From NCBI GenBank assembly GCA_963762145.1, contig CAVXJS010000019.1, positions 64,001-128,000 of the forward strand: a stretch of DNA of 64,000 nt, given 5' to 3'. The notes under the pieces are model-generated. The model did not search any database and was not told the origin of the DNA. It saw only the letters and a list, made by a program, of their open reading frames with translations. Source of the stretch: an uncultured Candidatus Rokubacteria bacterium. Lineage in GTDB: Bacteria > Methylomirabilota > Methylomirabilia > Rokubacteriales > CSP1-6. Position 1 is the stretch's first letter. Every line of letters starts with the position of its first letter. A program made the translations under genes and the position numbers. Shown piece after piece: positions 31,331-41,373 of the stretch.

Positions 31331-32257
31331 TCAGCCGAGCCGGGAGAGGTACTGGGCCACGAAGTCGGTGCCGACCAGCGCCACGTACGCGTCGCTGAGC
31401 CGCTTCGTGATGGGCCCGGGCACGCGGCCGTCCCCGATCTGCTGCCCGTTGACCGATCGCACGCCGCAGAGACACAGGCTCGTCGAGGTCAGGAACACCT
31501 CGTCGGCGGTCACCGCGTCGTAGACGTCGAGGTCGCGCTCCTCGCAGGGAATGCCGAGCTGCGCCGCCATCTCCATCGCGGTTCGCCGGCTCACCCCGGG
31601 CAGCACGTACTGCTCCCGCGGGGTGTAGACGCGGCCGCCGCGCACCACGAAGATGTTGCTGCCGACCCCCTCGCAGAGATTGCCGTGCTCGTCCAGCAGG
31701 ACCGACCACGCGTCGGGGCTCCCGCGCTTCACCTCGCGGTCGGCCAGGATGAGGTTGAGGTAGTTGTGGGTCTTGGCCCGCGGGCTCAGGATCGACGGCG
31801 GGGTGCGGCGGATCGACGGCACCGCCACGTCGATCCCGTCGCGGAAGAGAGCGGCGCGCTTGCGGAGGGGCAGCGGCGTGCAGTCCACGATCACCTGCGG
31901 GCCGGTGTGCGACCATCCCTCGTCGCCGATGGCGTCCACCCCCCGGCTGATCCGCTGGGCCACCCACCAGTCCCCCGCGGAGGCCCGCAGCGGCTCGTTG
32001 CGCTCGACGACCTCCTCGGTGATCGCGATCATCTCCTTGGGCTCGAGGCCGACGTCGATCCCGAGGTACGTGAGCGAGCGATAGAGCCGCTCGACGTGCT
32101 CCTCCAGGCGGAAGATGCGGCCGTCGAAGGTCCGCGTCATGTCGAAGCAGCCGTCGCCGCGGTTGAAGCTGCGGTCGCGGTAGGGGATGACCACCTGCGT
32201 CTCGGGGACGAGGCGGCCGTTGAAGTACGCGGTGCGGGCGCGCGGGGGCTGGGCCAT
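31331..32257 (-). CDS. Aminotransferase class IV (branched-chain/D-amino acid/ADC lyase family)
   Basis: DRSFNRGDGCFD, HVERL, PLP Lys in AKTHNYLN, EGVGSN, LPGVSR, DEVFLTST. Confidence 0.92.
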   Translation of the reverse strand: MAQPPRARTAYFNGRLVPETQVVIPYRDRSFNRGDGCFDMTRTFDGRIFRLEEHVERLYRSLTYLGIDVGLEPKEMIAITEEVVERNEPLRASAGDWWVAQRISRGVDAIGDEGWSHTGPQVIVDCTPLPLRKRAALFRDGIDVAVPSIRRTPPSILSPRAKTHNYLNLILADREVKRGSPDAWSVLLDEHGNLCEGVGSNIFVVRGGRVYTPREQYVLPGVSRRTAMEMAAQLGIPCEERDLDVYDAVTADEVFLTSTSLCLCGVRSVNGQQIGDGRVPGPITKRLSDAYVALVGTDFVAQYLSRLG

Positions 32258-32321
32258 CGGTGTTCCTCCCACCGGGATACTACTCCAGATCGGCGGCGGT
32301 CCGCAGGGCTCGCGGGCTAGC

Positions 32322-33361
32322 TGTGAAGTCTCACGAGGTTCTCTGCAGGGGGGTTGTCCATCCGGGGGCTCTCAACGAAGCTGGACGCTGCCAAGCACTC
32401 CAGATCGCTGAGGAGGATCCCCGGATGAACATCCACCAGAATGCCCGATTGACGCTGCGAGGTCGAGAGGAAGCCGTCCGGCGCGTGACCCAGCTGGGCC
32501 ACTCCGCGCGGCAGGTCGCCCGGGCCCTGCACACCACCGACGGCACGGTCCGGAAGTGGGTGGCGCGCGCCGTGGCGGGCGAGAGCCTCGCGGATCGCAG
32601 CTCGCGCCCCCAGCACAGCCCGCAGGCGATCCCCCCGGCGGTGGTGCTGCGCATCAAGGCCCTGCGGCAACAGCGGTGGACGTGTGGCGAGATCGCGGCG
32701 CAGGTGGCGGTGAGTCGCGCGACGGTGGCGCGCATCGTCCGCCGCTGTGGCTGGGCGCGGTTGCACGTGTTGGAGCTGCCGCCGACCTCGCGCCGCTACG
32801 AGCGCGCCCAGCCCGGCGAGCTGCTGCACCTGGACACGAAGAAGCTGGGGCGGATCGTCCGCCCCGGGCACCGGCTCACGGGCGATCGGCGCGACACCGT
32901 CGACGGCGCCGGCTGGGAGTTCGGCCACATGGCGGTCGACGACACCTCGCGCATCGCCCTCGGGGAAGTCTTGCCCGATGAGCGCGGGGGCACCGCCGCG
33001 GGCTTTCTCCAGCGCACCGTGCGGGGCCTGCGCCGGCTCGGGGTGCGCGTGGCGGCCGTGATGACCGACAATGGCGCCGGGTATCGCTCGCGCCGCTTCC
33101 GCGCGAGCTGTCAGCGGCTCGGCCTGCGTCATCTCTTCACCCGGCCCTATACCCCGCGGACCAACGGCAAGGTCGAGCGCTTCATCAAGACCGCCTTGCT
33201 CGAGTGGGCCTATGCGCGCCTGTACCGCCACTCCGACGAGCGGCGCCGCGCGCTGGCCCAGTGGCTCCATCACTACAACTGGCATCGTCCCCACACGAGC
33301 CTCGGCGGCCGGCCCCCCATCACCCGGGTCCTGACTGCTGCGAACCTCGTGAGACTTCACA
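32322..33361 (+). mobile_element. IS481 family insertion sequence, 1040 bp, intact
   Basis: 20-bp perfect terminal IRs TGTGAAGTCTCACGAGGTTC / GAACCTCGTGAGACTTCACA; 6-bp direct repeat GCTAGC at 32316-32321 and 33362-33367. Confidence 0.96.
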
Positions 33362-33366
33362 GCTAG
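32425..33366 (+). CDS. IS481 family transposase (DDE integrase core)
   Basis: MNIHQNARLT, DRSSRP, PGELLHLDTKKLG, TDNG, YTPRTNGKVERF, YNWHRPH; SD GAGGAGG. Confidence 0.96.
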   Translation: MNIHQNARLTLRGREEAVRRVTQLGHSARQVARALHTTDGTVRKWVARAVAGESLADRSSRPQHSPQAIPPAVVLRIKALRQQRWTCGEIAAQVAVSRATVARIVRRCGWARLHVLELPPTSRRYERAQPGELLHLDTKKLGRIVRPGHRLTGDRRDTVDGAGWEFGHMAVDDTSRIALGEVLPDERGGTAAGFLQRTVRGLRRLGVRVAAVMTDNGAGYRSRRFRASCQRLGLRHLFTRPYTPRTNGKVERFIKTALLEWAYARLYRHSDERRRALAQWLHHYNWHRPHTSLGGRPPITRVLTAANLVRLHS

Positions 33367-34162
33367 CGGCGGATGCCCCGGATGAGCATGTACTGCGCCG
33401 CACGTCCAGCCGCCCGCCCTGGGTCTGGTAGTGGCGGTGATAGGCGTCCACGTCCTGGCGGAGCGCGCGCAGGCGGTCCGGGTCGAGGCTGGCGCCGAGC
33501 TGCTTGAGCGGCCCGAAGCCGCGCAGATAGCAGCTCCAAATGTCCTCGACGCTGTCGTGGTACGCGTGGCTCAGACCGGGCTCGAACGAGAGCTCCCAGT
33601 CGCGGCCGAGGAGGCGCTCGGCGTGGGCCGGGTCGCCCCAGGCGAGAGGGGAGACCGCGGGGGGCGGGCCGCCGGCGTGCCGGGCGATGACGCCGAAGAA
33701 CTCGGCGACCGCGCCGCCGGGCACCCAGGCCGCGATGGCGAGGCGCCCGCCGCGCCGGCACACCCGGCCGAGCTCGGCGGCGGCCCGGTCCTGGTTGGCC
33801 GCGAACATGACGCCGAACGTGGAGATGACGCCGTCGAAGCGGGCGTCCGCGAATGGCAGCGACTCCGCGTCGGCCTGCTGGAACGCGATCGGGGGGCGCA
33901 CGTGCGCCGAGAGCTCGCCCGCGGCGGCGAGCAGCTCGGCGGAGATGTCCACCGCGGTGACCTGGGCGCCGCGGCGCGCGGCATTGCGGGCCGACCAGCC
34001 CGTGCCGGTGGCCACGTCGAGGATCTGCTGTCCGGCGGTCGCGTTCAGGCGCTGCGCGGCGTGGGCGAGGGCGTCGGAGACCGCGAAGCTGACGTCGTCG
34101 TAGGCCCGGCCGCCCTGGCCCCACATGCTCGCCGCCGCTTCGTGATGAGGACGAATGGTCAT
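33363..34162 (-). CDS. Class I SAM-dependent methyltransferase, frameshift near 33400
   Basis: ILDVATGTG, ADAESLPFADARFD, STFGVMF; the C-terminus YMLIRGIRR* is in a second frame. Confidence 0.9.
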
Positions 34163-34220
34163 GAGCGCTCCTCCTGTGGTGACGTTGGGTCCATCATCGG
34201 GGGCCCCGGGGAAGGCCGCC

Positions 34221-34237
34221 AGTCCAGAAACTGTAGT
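34221..34237. promoter_or_regulatory. Imperfect palindrome, candidate HxlR operator
   Basis: AGTCCAG-aaa-CTGTAGT between the divergent methyltransferase and HxlR genes. Confidence 0.35.
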
Positions 34238-34285
34238 TGGCGGAGCGCGGGGGGCATGGGTATCGTGGCCCCAGGGGTCTCGAGC

Positions 34286-34992
34286 ATGAAGAGCTACGGA
34301 CAGTTCTGCCCGGTGGCGAAGGCGGCCGAGATCTTCTGCGAGCGCTGGACCGCGCTCATCCTCCGCGACCTCGCCGCGGGCGCGCAGCGCTTCGCGGAGC
34401 TGCGGCGCGGCGTGCCGCTCATGTCGCCGACCCTGCTGTCGCGCCGCCTGAGGCAGCTCGAGGCCGAGGGCATCCTGGAGCGGCGCCTGTCGCGGCCGGC
34501 CGGGGCTGCACCTATCACCTGACGCGCGCGGGCCAGGAGTTCGCGCCGATCGTGCAGGCCCTCGGGGTGTGGGGCCAGCGCTGGTCCCGGCGCGACCTGG
34601 CCCGGAACGAGGTGGATCTGGGACTCCTGATCTGGGCGATGGAGCGCTCGGTGAGAGGGGACGCGCTCGGGCCCGGCCGAGCCGTCGTGCAGGTGGAGTT
34701 CACCGACCAGCCGGTCGCCCGGCGCCGCTGGTGGTTCCTCCACGAGGACGGCGGCACGCAGCTTTGTTTCGAGGACCCGGGCTTCGACGTCGACGTGTAC
34801 CTGAGCGCGACCCTGCCGGACATGATCCGGATCGTCCGGGGCGACCTCAAGCTCGGCGCGGCGCTCGAGCAGGAGCGGCTCGAGGTCACGTGCGCGGGCG
34901 GATTGCGTCGCCGGCTTCCCGCGTGGTTCAACCTGAGCCCGCTCGCGGCGATCGGGTCGCAGCGGGCGCGGGCCGGCCGCGCGGGAGGCTAG
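34286..34992 (+). CDS. HxlR family transcriptional regulator with SCP2-like C-terminus, frameshift near 34500
   Basis: YGQFCPVAKAAE..ERWTALILRDL..RFAELRRGVP..LLSRRL; YHLT..GQE. Confidence 0.9.
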
Positions 34993-35005
34993 GCGCGGGG
35001 CCGCG

Positions 35006-35896
35006 TCAGGCCGCGCGCGTCCGCACGAACCGGCCGATCGCGTCGACCGCGGTCTGCGCCTCGTCGAGCATCGGCAGGAACCAGTGCCAGACGTGGATCA
35101 TCCGCTCGTAGACCTCGAGGCTCGCGTCCACCCCGGCGGCCCGGGACCGCTCCGCGAGCTGCACCGCGTCGTCGAGCAGCACCTCGTCGCTGCCCACGTG
35201 GATCAGCAGGGGCGGCAGGCCGCGCAGGTCGGCGAAGAGCGGGGAGGCCAGCGGCGTGCGCGGCGGGGTGGCGCCGAGATAGGCCCGGGCCATCTGCTCG
35301 ACGCCGTCGCGGCGCACGATCGGATCCGCGGCCGCCTTCGTCGCGTAGCTGGCGCCGCCGCAGGTGAGGTCCACCCACGGGGAGATGCAGACGCCGCCCG
35401 CGGGCAGCGGCACGCCCGCCTCGCGCAGGGCCAGCAGCGTGGCCACCGTGAGCCCGCCCCCCGCGGAGTCGCCCGCGATCACGATGCGCGCGGGGGCGAT
35501 GGCCTGGTCCAGCAGCCAGCGGTAGGCCGCGGTCGCGTCGTCCACCGCGGCCGGATACGGGTGCTCGGGCGCCAGGCGATAGTCGAGCAGGAGCGCGCTC
35601 GCTCCCGCGGCGCTCGCGATCGCGGCGGCCAGGTGCCGATGGGAGCGCGGGGAGCCGATGACGTAGCCGCCCCCGTGGAGATACAGCACCACGCGGCCCG
35701 GCTCGGCCGAGGGCGGACGCAGCCACTCCGCGGGCGCGACCGGGGCGTTCACGCGCTCCACCTTGACGTCGGGCGGAGTCGGGAAGGCCTTCTCGGCGCG
35801 CTCGTACTGGGCGCGGCGCTCGGCGGTGGTGAGCGAGTCGGACGGGGGCAGCTTCGCGAGGTGCGCGCGAACGACGTCGATGCCGCGGTCAGCCAT
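35006..35896 (-). CDS. Esterase/lipase, HSL family alpha/beta hydrolase
   Basis: LHGGGY, DYRLAPEHPYPAA, GDSAGG, DEVLLDD, MIHVWH. Confidence 0.95.
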   Translation of the reverse strand: MADRGIDVVRAHLAKLPPSDSLTTAERRAQYERAEKAFPTPPDVKVERVNAPVAPAEWLRPPSAEPGRVVLYLHGGGYVIGSPRSHRHLAAAIASAAGASALLLDYRLAPEHPYPAAVDDATAAYRWLLDQAIAPARIVIAGDSAGGGLTVATLLALREAGVPLPAGGVCISPWVDLTCGGASYATKAAADPIVRRDGVEQMARAYLGATPPRTPLASPLFADLRGLPPLLIHVGSDEVLLDDAVQLAERSRAAGVDASLEVYERMIHVWHWFLPMLDEAQTAVDAIGRFVRTRAA

Positions 35897-35967
35897 GGGT
35901 CTCCTCCATTGAGGAGGGATTCTGCGCCGGGACCGGGGCCGTTGGCAACATGGTGTACTCTCCGCCC

Positions 35968-36858
35968 ATGATTCCACTCGTGGACGCCCACCATCACATC
36001 TGGCGGCTGGCGGATCTGGCCTGGCTGCAGGGCCCACCGCAGCCGCGCATCTTCGGGGAGTACGCGCCCATCCGCCGCGACTATCCGATCGAGGAGTACA
36101 TGGCCGAAGCTCGCGCCGCCGGGGTGGCCCGGTCGGTGTACGTGCAGACCAACTGGCCGGCCGGACGGGAAGAGGAGGAGGTCGGCTGGGTGCAGTCGGT
36201 GGCCGACCGCCACGGCTTCCCGCACGCGATCGTGGGCTACGCCGATCTGGCCGCGCCGGCGGTCGGCGGTGTCCTCGACCGGATGATGAAGCATGCGCGC
36301 CTGCGCGGCATCCGCCAGCAGCTCCACTGGCACGAGAAGGCGCTCTACCGGTTTGCCGCGCGGCCCGATCTCAGCGACGACCCCGCGTGGCGCGCCGGGC
36401 TCGCGGAGGTGGCGCGGCGCGGGCTGCTCTTCGAGCTCCAGGTGTTCGCCGGCCAGATGGAGGCGAGCGCGCGGCTGGTCCGCGACTTCCCGCAGGCCAC
36501 CTTCGTGCTCATGCACGCGGGCATGCTGGAAGACCGCTCGCCCGAGGGCTGGACCCGCTGGCGCGCGGGCATGCGGGCGCTCGCGGCGGCGCCCAACGTT
36601 CACGTGAAGCTCTCCGGCCTCGGGACGTTCGCGCGCGCGTGCTCGGTCGAGCTCTGGGGCCCGGTGATCCGCGAGACCGTCGAGCTCTTCGGGCCGGGGC
36701 GCTGCATGTTCGGGAGCAACTTCCCGATCGAGAAGCTGTGGACGACGTACGAGGACGTGGCGCGCGTCACCACCGAGTGCCTGTCCGACCTTTCGGCGGA
36801 CGACCGTCGCGCGGTCCTCCACGACAACGCGGCTCGCGTCTATCGCCTGGCCGCGTGA
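35968..36858 (+). CDS. Amidohydrolase_2 family protein (L-fuconolactonase-like)
   Basis: DAHHHIW, RGIRQ, HAG, VKLSG, MFGSNFP. Confidence 0.9.
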   Translation: MIPLVDAHHHIWRLADLAWLQGPPQPRIFGEYAPIRRDYPIEEYMAEARAAGVARSVYVQTNWPAGREEEEVGWVQSVADRHGFPHAIVGYADLAAPAVGGVLDRMMKHARLRGIRQQLHWHEKALYRFAARPDLSDDPAWRAGLAEVARRGLLFELQVFAGQMEASARLVRDFPQATFVLMHAGMLEDRSPEGWTRWRAGMRALAAAPNVHVKLSGLGTFARACSVELWGPVIRETVELFGPGRCMFGSNFPIEKLWTTYEDVARVTTECLSDLSADDRRAVLHDNAARVYRLAA

Positions 36859-37739
36859 ATCTCGATCTCCGGACCCTGCAGCTCTTCGTCGCGGTGGTCG
36901 AAGAGGAAACGGTGGCCAAGGCGGCCAAGCGCGAGCACATCGCGGCCTCCGCGGTCAGCAAGCGGATCGCCGATCTCGAGAAGGAGGTCAAGGTCGATCT
37001 GTTCCGGCGCCACCGGACCGGGCTCGAGCCGACGCCGGCGGGCCACGCCCTCCTCCATCACGCCCGCATGCTCATGCGCAATCTGGCCCAGCTCGAGACC
37101 GAGCTCGGCGACTACGAGCAGGGGCTCCGGGGCAGCGTGCGGATCTTCGCCAATGTCTCGGCCCTGGTCCAGTTCCTCCCCGAGGACCTGGGCCGCTTCC
37201 TGAGCCAGCATCCGCTGGTGCGAATCGATCTCGAGGAAGCGATCAGCCCCCTGATCGTGCGGGCGGTCGCCGACGGCGTCGCGGAGATCGGCATCTACGG
37301 CGGGAATATCCCGGCGCCCGGGCTCACCGTGCTCCCGTACCGCCAGGACCGCCTCGTCGTGGTGGTGCCCGCCCGGCATCCGCTCCGGAAGCACTCCTCT
37401 GTCCGTCTGGACGCGGTGCTGCCCTATGATCTGGTGGGTGTCCAGAAGGGCAGCTCGATCGACGCGCTCGTCGTCCGGGCGGCGACGGATCTCGGGCGGC
37501 CGGTGAAGCTCCGGATCCGGACGTCGGGCTTCGACGCGGTGAGCCGGATGGTTCACGCGGGGCTCGGTGTCGCCATCATGCCGGAGCTGGTCGCGCAGAG
37601 TTACCGGGCCTCCCTCAAGCTCGCGACGGTGCCGCTGGAGGAGCCGTGGGCGACGCGCCAGCTCGACGTGTGCGTGCTGGACATGGTCTCGCTGCCGCCG
37701 GCGTCCCGGCTGCTGGTGGACCACCTCACCAGGCGGTAG
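36855..37739 (+). CDS. LysR family transcriptional regulator
   Basis: LRTLQLFVAV..AAKREHIAASAVSKRIADLE..LFRR..PTPAG. Confidence 0.95.
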   Translation: MNLDLRTLQLFVAVVEEETVAKAAKREHIAASAVSKRIADLEKEVKVDLFRRHRTGLEPTPAGHALLHHARMLMRNLAQLETELGDYEQGLRGSVRIFANVSALVQFLPEDLGRFLSQHPLVRIDLEEAISPLIVRAVADGVAEIGIYGGNIPAPGLTVLPYRQDRLVVVVPARHPLRKHSSVRLDAVLPYDLVGVQKGSSIDALVVRAATDLGRPVKLRIRTSGFDAVSRMVHAGLGVAIMPELVAQSYRASLKLATVPLEEPWATRQLDVCVLDMVSLPPASRLLVDHLTRR

Positions 37740-37895
37740 GGGAGCCGACCGGCCGTCGCCAATCGCGATGGCCGCGTTCCCGATCACGACGCCAGATCCG
37801 CGGGTCCCCATTGCTATAGTCCTGTCGTCAACCCGGCAGGTCGATGGCACCGAGGTCAGGGCAATGAAGCCCCAGCGGGGCATCAGGAGAACGGG

Positions 37896-39551
37896 ATGAG
37901 CGACGGGACCGTGGACCGCAGGGCATTTCTCAAGAAGACGGCCGTCGCCGGGGCCGCGGCGGTCGTGGCGGGGCGGCTGCCGGCCCCCGGCGCGGTCTCC
38001 GCGCAGGACGCCACCGTGAAGGCCGATCCCAAGGTCAAGCGGGGCGGGACGCTGCGGTTCGGGGTGAACAGCGCCCCCGCTCACTTCGACGTCCACCAGT
38101 CGGGCACGGTCGGCAATGTCGGGACCCAGGGGCCGATGTACGACACGCTGCTGCGGCGCGATCCCCGGGACGGGCAGACCATCATCCCGGACCTGGCCCA
38201 GCGGTGGGAGGTCTCGCCGGACGGCAAGAAGTACACCTTCCATCTCCGCAAGGGCGTCAAGTTCCACGACGGCGCCGACTTCACCGCGGAGGACGTCAAG
38301 GCGACCTACGATCGCATCGTCGCGCCCCCCAAGGGCGTGGTGATCCCGCGCTCGTCGCTGTTCACCGCGGTCAGCGAGATCGTGGTGCTCGATCCGCACC
38401 GCATCGAGTTCCGGCTCAAGGAGTCGCGGCCGCGCGCCTTCATGCTGGGCGCCTTCGCGAGCGGGTGGAACATCATCGTGCGCAAGAAGAGCCTCGACGA
38501 CAACGGGGGCAACCTGCGGCAGGTGATGAACTACCCGGGCACCGGGCCGTTCCGCCACGTCTCCCGGAAGGACAAGGAAGTCTGGATCATGGAGCGGAAC
38601 CCGGACTACTGGAACAAGGGCCTGCCCTACGTGGACCGGCTGGAGATCTACAACATGCCCCCCTTCTCGCCCGACCTGGGCGGGGCGATCCTGACCAACC
38701 GGATCGACTACGGGCGGATCCTGGACCCCATCACATGGCGCAAGGCCAAGGAGGCGCCCGGCATGAGCGCGGGCGAGCTGAACCAGGCGGTGATCCAGGC
38801 GGTCTACACGAACATGAAGAAGCCGCCCCTGAACGATCCGCGGGTCCGCCGGGCCATCCACCTGGCCCTCGATCGGCACGCCCTCATCGACGTGGTGAAG
38901 GACGTGGCGCCCATGATGGTCGGCGGCTTCGTGTACCCGTTCCACGAGTACTCGACCCCGCGCGAGGAGCTCTACAAGCGTCCGGGCTACCAGCGCGACC
39001 CGAAGCCCGCCATCCAGGAGGCGAAGCGGCTGATGGCGGAGGCGGGGCACCCGAACGGGATCAAGAACCTCACGTTCCTCGTGCGCGACATCATCAGCTT
39101 CCGGCACTGGTCGGTGGCCATCCAGGCCATGTTGAAGGAGACGCTCAACATCGACACGACCCTGCGGACGGTGCAGATCTCCCAGTGGTTCGAGGAGGCG
39201 GCGGCCGGCAACTTCGACATCACGATCAGCGCGGTGGTCTCCACGCTCATGGATCCCTCCGACTACTTCACCGCCTGGTACGGCAAGGACGGCTCGCAGA
39301 ACTACTCCTACTGGACCAACGAGCAATTTCACACCCTGGCGCGCCAGATCGAGCGGGAGGTCGACGAGGGCAAGCGCAAGACGATGGTGCGCCAGGCGGA
39401 GCTGATCCTGGAGAGCGATCCGCCGTTGATCCCGATCGCCTACGAGAAGATCTACGACGCCTGGTACAACAAGGTGCGCGGGCAGAACCCGAACACCTTC
39501 TTCGGGATCTACGACGTGGTGCGCTGGGACACCGTCTCCATCGCGGAGTAG
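37896..39551 (+). CDS. ABC substrate-binding protein (SBP_bac_5) with Tat signal
   Basis: DRRAFLK; LRKGVKFHDG..FTAEDVK; GTGPF; extended -10 TGcTATAGT at 37812-37820. Confidence 0.93.
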   Translation: MSDGTVDRRAFLKKTAVAGAAAVVAGRLPAPGAVSAQDATVKADPKVKRGGTLRFGVNSAPAHFDVHQSGTVGNVGTQGPMYDTLLRRDPRDGQTIIPDLAQRWEVSPDGKKYTFHLRKGVKFHDGADFTAEDVKATYDRIVAPPKGVVIPRSSLFTAVSEIVVLDPHRIEFRLKESRPRAFMLGAFASGWNIIVRKKSLDDNGGNLRQVMNYPGTGPFRHVSRKDKEVWIMERNPDYWNKGLPYVDRLEIYNMPPFSPDLGGAILTNRIDYGRILDPITWRKAKEAPGMSAGELNQAVIQAVYTNMKKPPLNDPRVRRAIHLALDRHALIDVVKDVAPMMVGGFVYPFHEYSTPREELYKRPGYQRDPKPAIQEAKRLMAEAGHPNGIKNLTFLVRDIISFRHWSVAIQAMLKETLNIDTTLRTVQISQWFEEAAAGNFDITISAVVSTLMDPSDYFTAWYGKDGSQNYSYWTNEQFHTLARQIEREVDEGKRKTMVRQAELILESDPPLIPIAYEKIYDAWYNKVRGQNPNTFFGIYDVVRWDTVSIAE

Positions 39552-39605
39552 CCGGCGGCTCCCAAACGCGTGCCGGTGGGCGGGCACTCGTGGCAGAATG
39601 ACGCG

Positions 39606-40428
39606 GTGATCGCGCCGGAGCTCCTCTACGGCACCGCGTGGAAGGAAGACCGCACGCCCGCCCTCGTCGAGCTGGCGCTCCGGACGGGCTTCCGGGGCGT
39701 CGATACCGCCAATCAGCGGCGGCACTACTTCGAGGCCGGCGTGGGGCAGGGGCTGGCCGCGGCCTACCGCGCGGGCATCGTCACGCGGGCCGACCTCTTC
39801 CTCCAGACGAAGTACACGTATCAGCCCGGGCAGGACCACCGGCTGCCGTACGATCCGGCCGCCGATCTCGCGACCCAGGTGGCCCAGTCCATGGCCAGCT
39901 CGCTCGAGCATCTCGGCACCGACCACGTGGACAGCTACGTCCTGCACGGTCCTGCCTCGCGCGACGACTGGACCGAGTACGACGCGGAGGTCTGGGGCGC
40001 CATGGGACGGGAGCGCGCCGCGGGCCGCACCCGGGTGCTCGGCGTGAGCAATGTCTCGCTCCGGCAGCTCGAGCAGATGGCGGCCACCGGCGCCGAGACG
40101 CCCGCGTTCGTGCAGAATCGGTGCTTCGCGGTCGCAGCGGCTGGGACCGCGACGTGCGGGCCTTCTGCGCGGAGCGGCGGATCGTCTACCAGGGCTTCTC
40201 GCTGCTCACCGCCAACCCGGCCGTGCTGCAGCCACCCGCTGGTGACCGGCATCGCCGCGCGCAGCGGGGCGACGCCGGCGCAGGTGGTGTTTCGCTTCGC
40301 GCTCGCGGTCGGGATGCTCCCGATCACCGGCACGTCCGAGCCCGGAGCACATGGCGCAGGACCTGGCCGCCCCGTCCCTCGCGCTCTCCGACGCCGAGGC
40401 GCGCGCCATCGAGTCGCTCGCCGGGTAG
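39606..40428 (+). CDS. Aldo/keto reductase family protein, frameshifts at about 40130-40350
   Basis: LYGTAWK, GFRGVDTANQ..HY, LFLQTK, SYVLHGP, LGVSN, TPAQVVFRFA. Confidence 0.88.
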
Positions 40429-40437
40429 GCCACGGGC

Positions 40438-41367
40438 ATGCGCCGCCTGACCGTCCTGATGCCGTTTCACACGCCGTTCTACGCGCCGCTGCCCGCCGGG
40501 GTCGCCCTCGGGCATTTTCGCGACGAGGGCCTCGAGATCACGTGCATCCCCGCGGCCGCCTTCGGCAAGGGCACGATGCCCGCGCTGCTCGACGGCGACA
40601 TCGAGATCAGCCTGGGCGGCCTGATGCGAAGCTTCGAGCTCGCAGACCGCGGAGGGCCGATCGTGGTGCACTTCGCGGAGGTGTGCAGCCGCAACGGCTT
40701 CTTTCTCCTGAGCCGGACGCCGCGGCCGGCCTTCGCGTGGACGGACCTGGTCGGACGGACCGTGCTCTCGTTCGCGGAGGCCCCGACCCCGTGGCAGTGC
40801 ATGCTGACCGTCCTGCGGCGGCACGGCGTGGATGCGGGCCGGGTCCGGATCGACCGGACGCGGCCCTCCCCCGACGCGATCGCGGCATTCCGCGGCGGGC
40901 ACGGAGACTACCTCGAGCAGCCCCAGCCGGTGGCGGAGGAGCTCGTGGCGGAGGGCGCGGCCCACGTGGTGGCCTCGATGGGCGAGGCCACCGGCCCGGT
41001 GCCGTTCACGTCGTACATGACCACGCCCGCATTCCTCGCGCGCGAGCCGGACGTGGTGCGCGCCTTCACCCGCGCGGTCTACCGGACCCAGCGCTGGCTC
41101 GCTCGCGCCGCGCCGTCGGCGATCGCGGCGACGATCGCGACCGCGTTCCCCGCGACGGGGCCCGCGCTCCTCGAGCGCGCGGTGGCGCGTTACCACGGGC
41201 AGGGCACCTGGGCCCAGGATCCGCTCCTGCGTCGCGAGGGGTACGACTACCTGGAGGAGATCCTGCTCACGGGCGGCCTCATCGGGCGGCGCGCGCGCTA
41301 CGAGGACCTGGTGGACACCGCGGCGGCCCGCGCGATCATGGCGGAGACGGCCGGCGGCCGCGGCTGA
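40438..41367 (+). CDS. NMT1/THI5-like ABC substrate-binding protein
   Basis: FYAPL..GHFRDEGLE, AFTRAVYRTQRW; no signal peptide seen. Confidence 0.85.
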   Translation: MRRLTVLMPFHTPFYAPLPAGVALGHFRDEGLEITCIPAAAFGKGTMPALLDGDIEISLGGLMRSFELADRGGPIVVHFAEVCSRNGFFLLSRTPRPAFAWTDLVGRTVLSFAEAPTPWQCMLTVLRRHGVDAGRVRIDRTRPSPDAIAAFRGGHGDYLEQPQPVAEELVAEGAAHVVASMGEATGPVPFTSYMTTPAFLAREPDVVRAFTRAVYRTQRWLARAAPSAIAATIATAFPATGPALLERAVARYHGQGTWAQDPLLRREGYDYLEEILLTGGLIGRRARYEDLVDTAAARAIMAETAGGRG

Positions 41368-41373
41368 TCGGTC

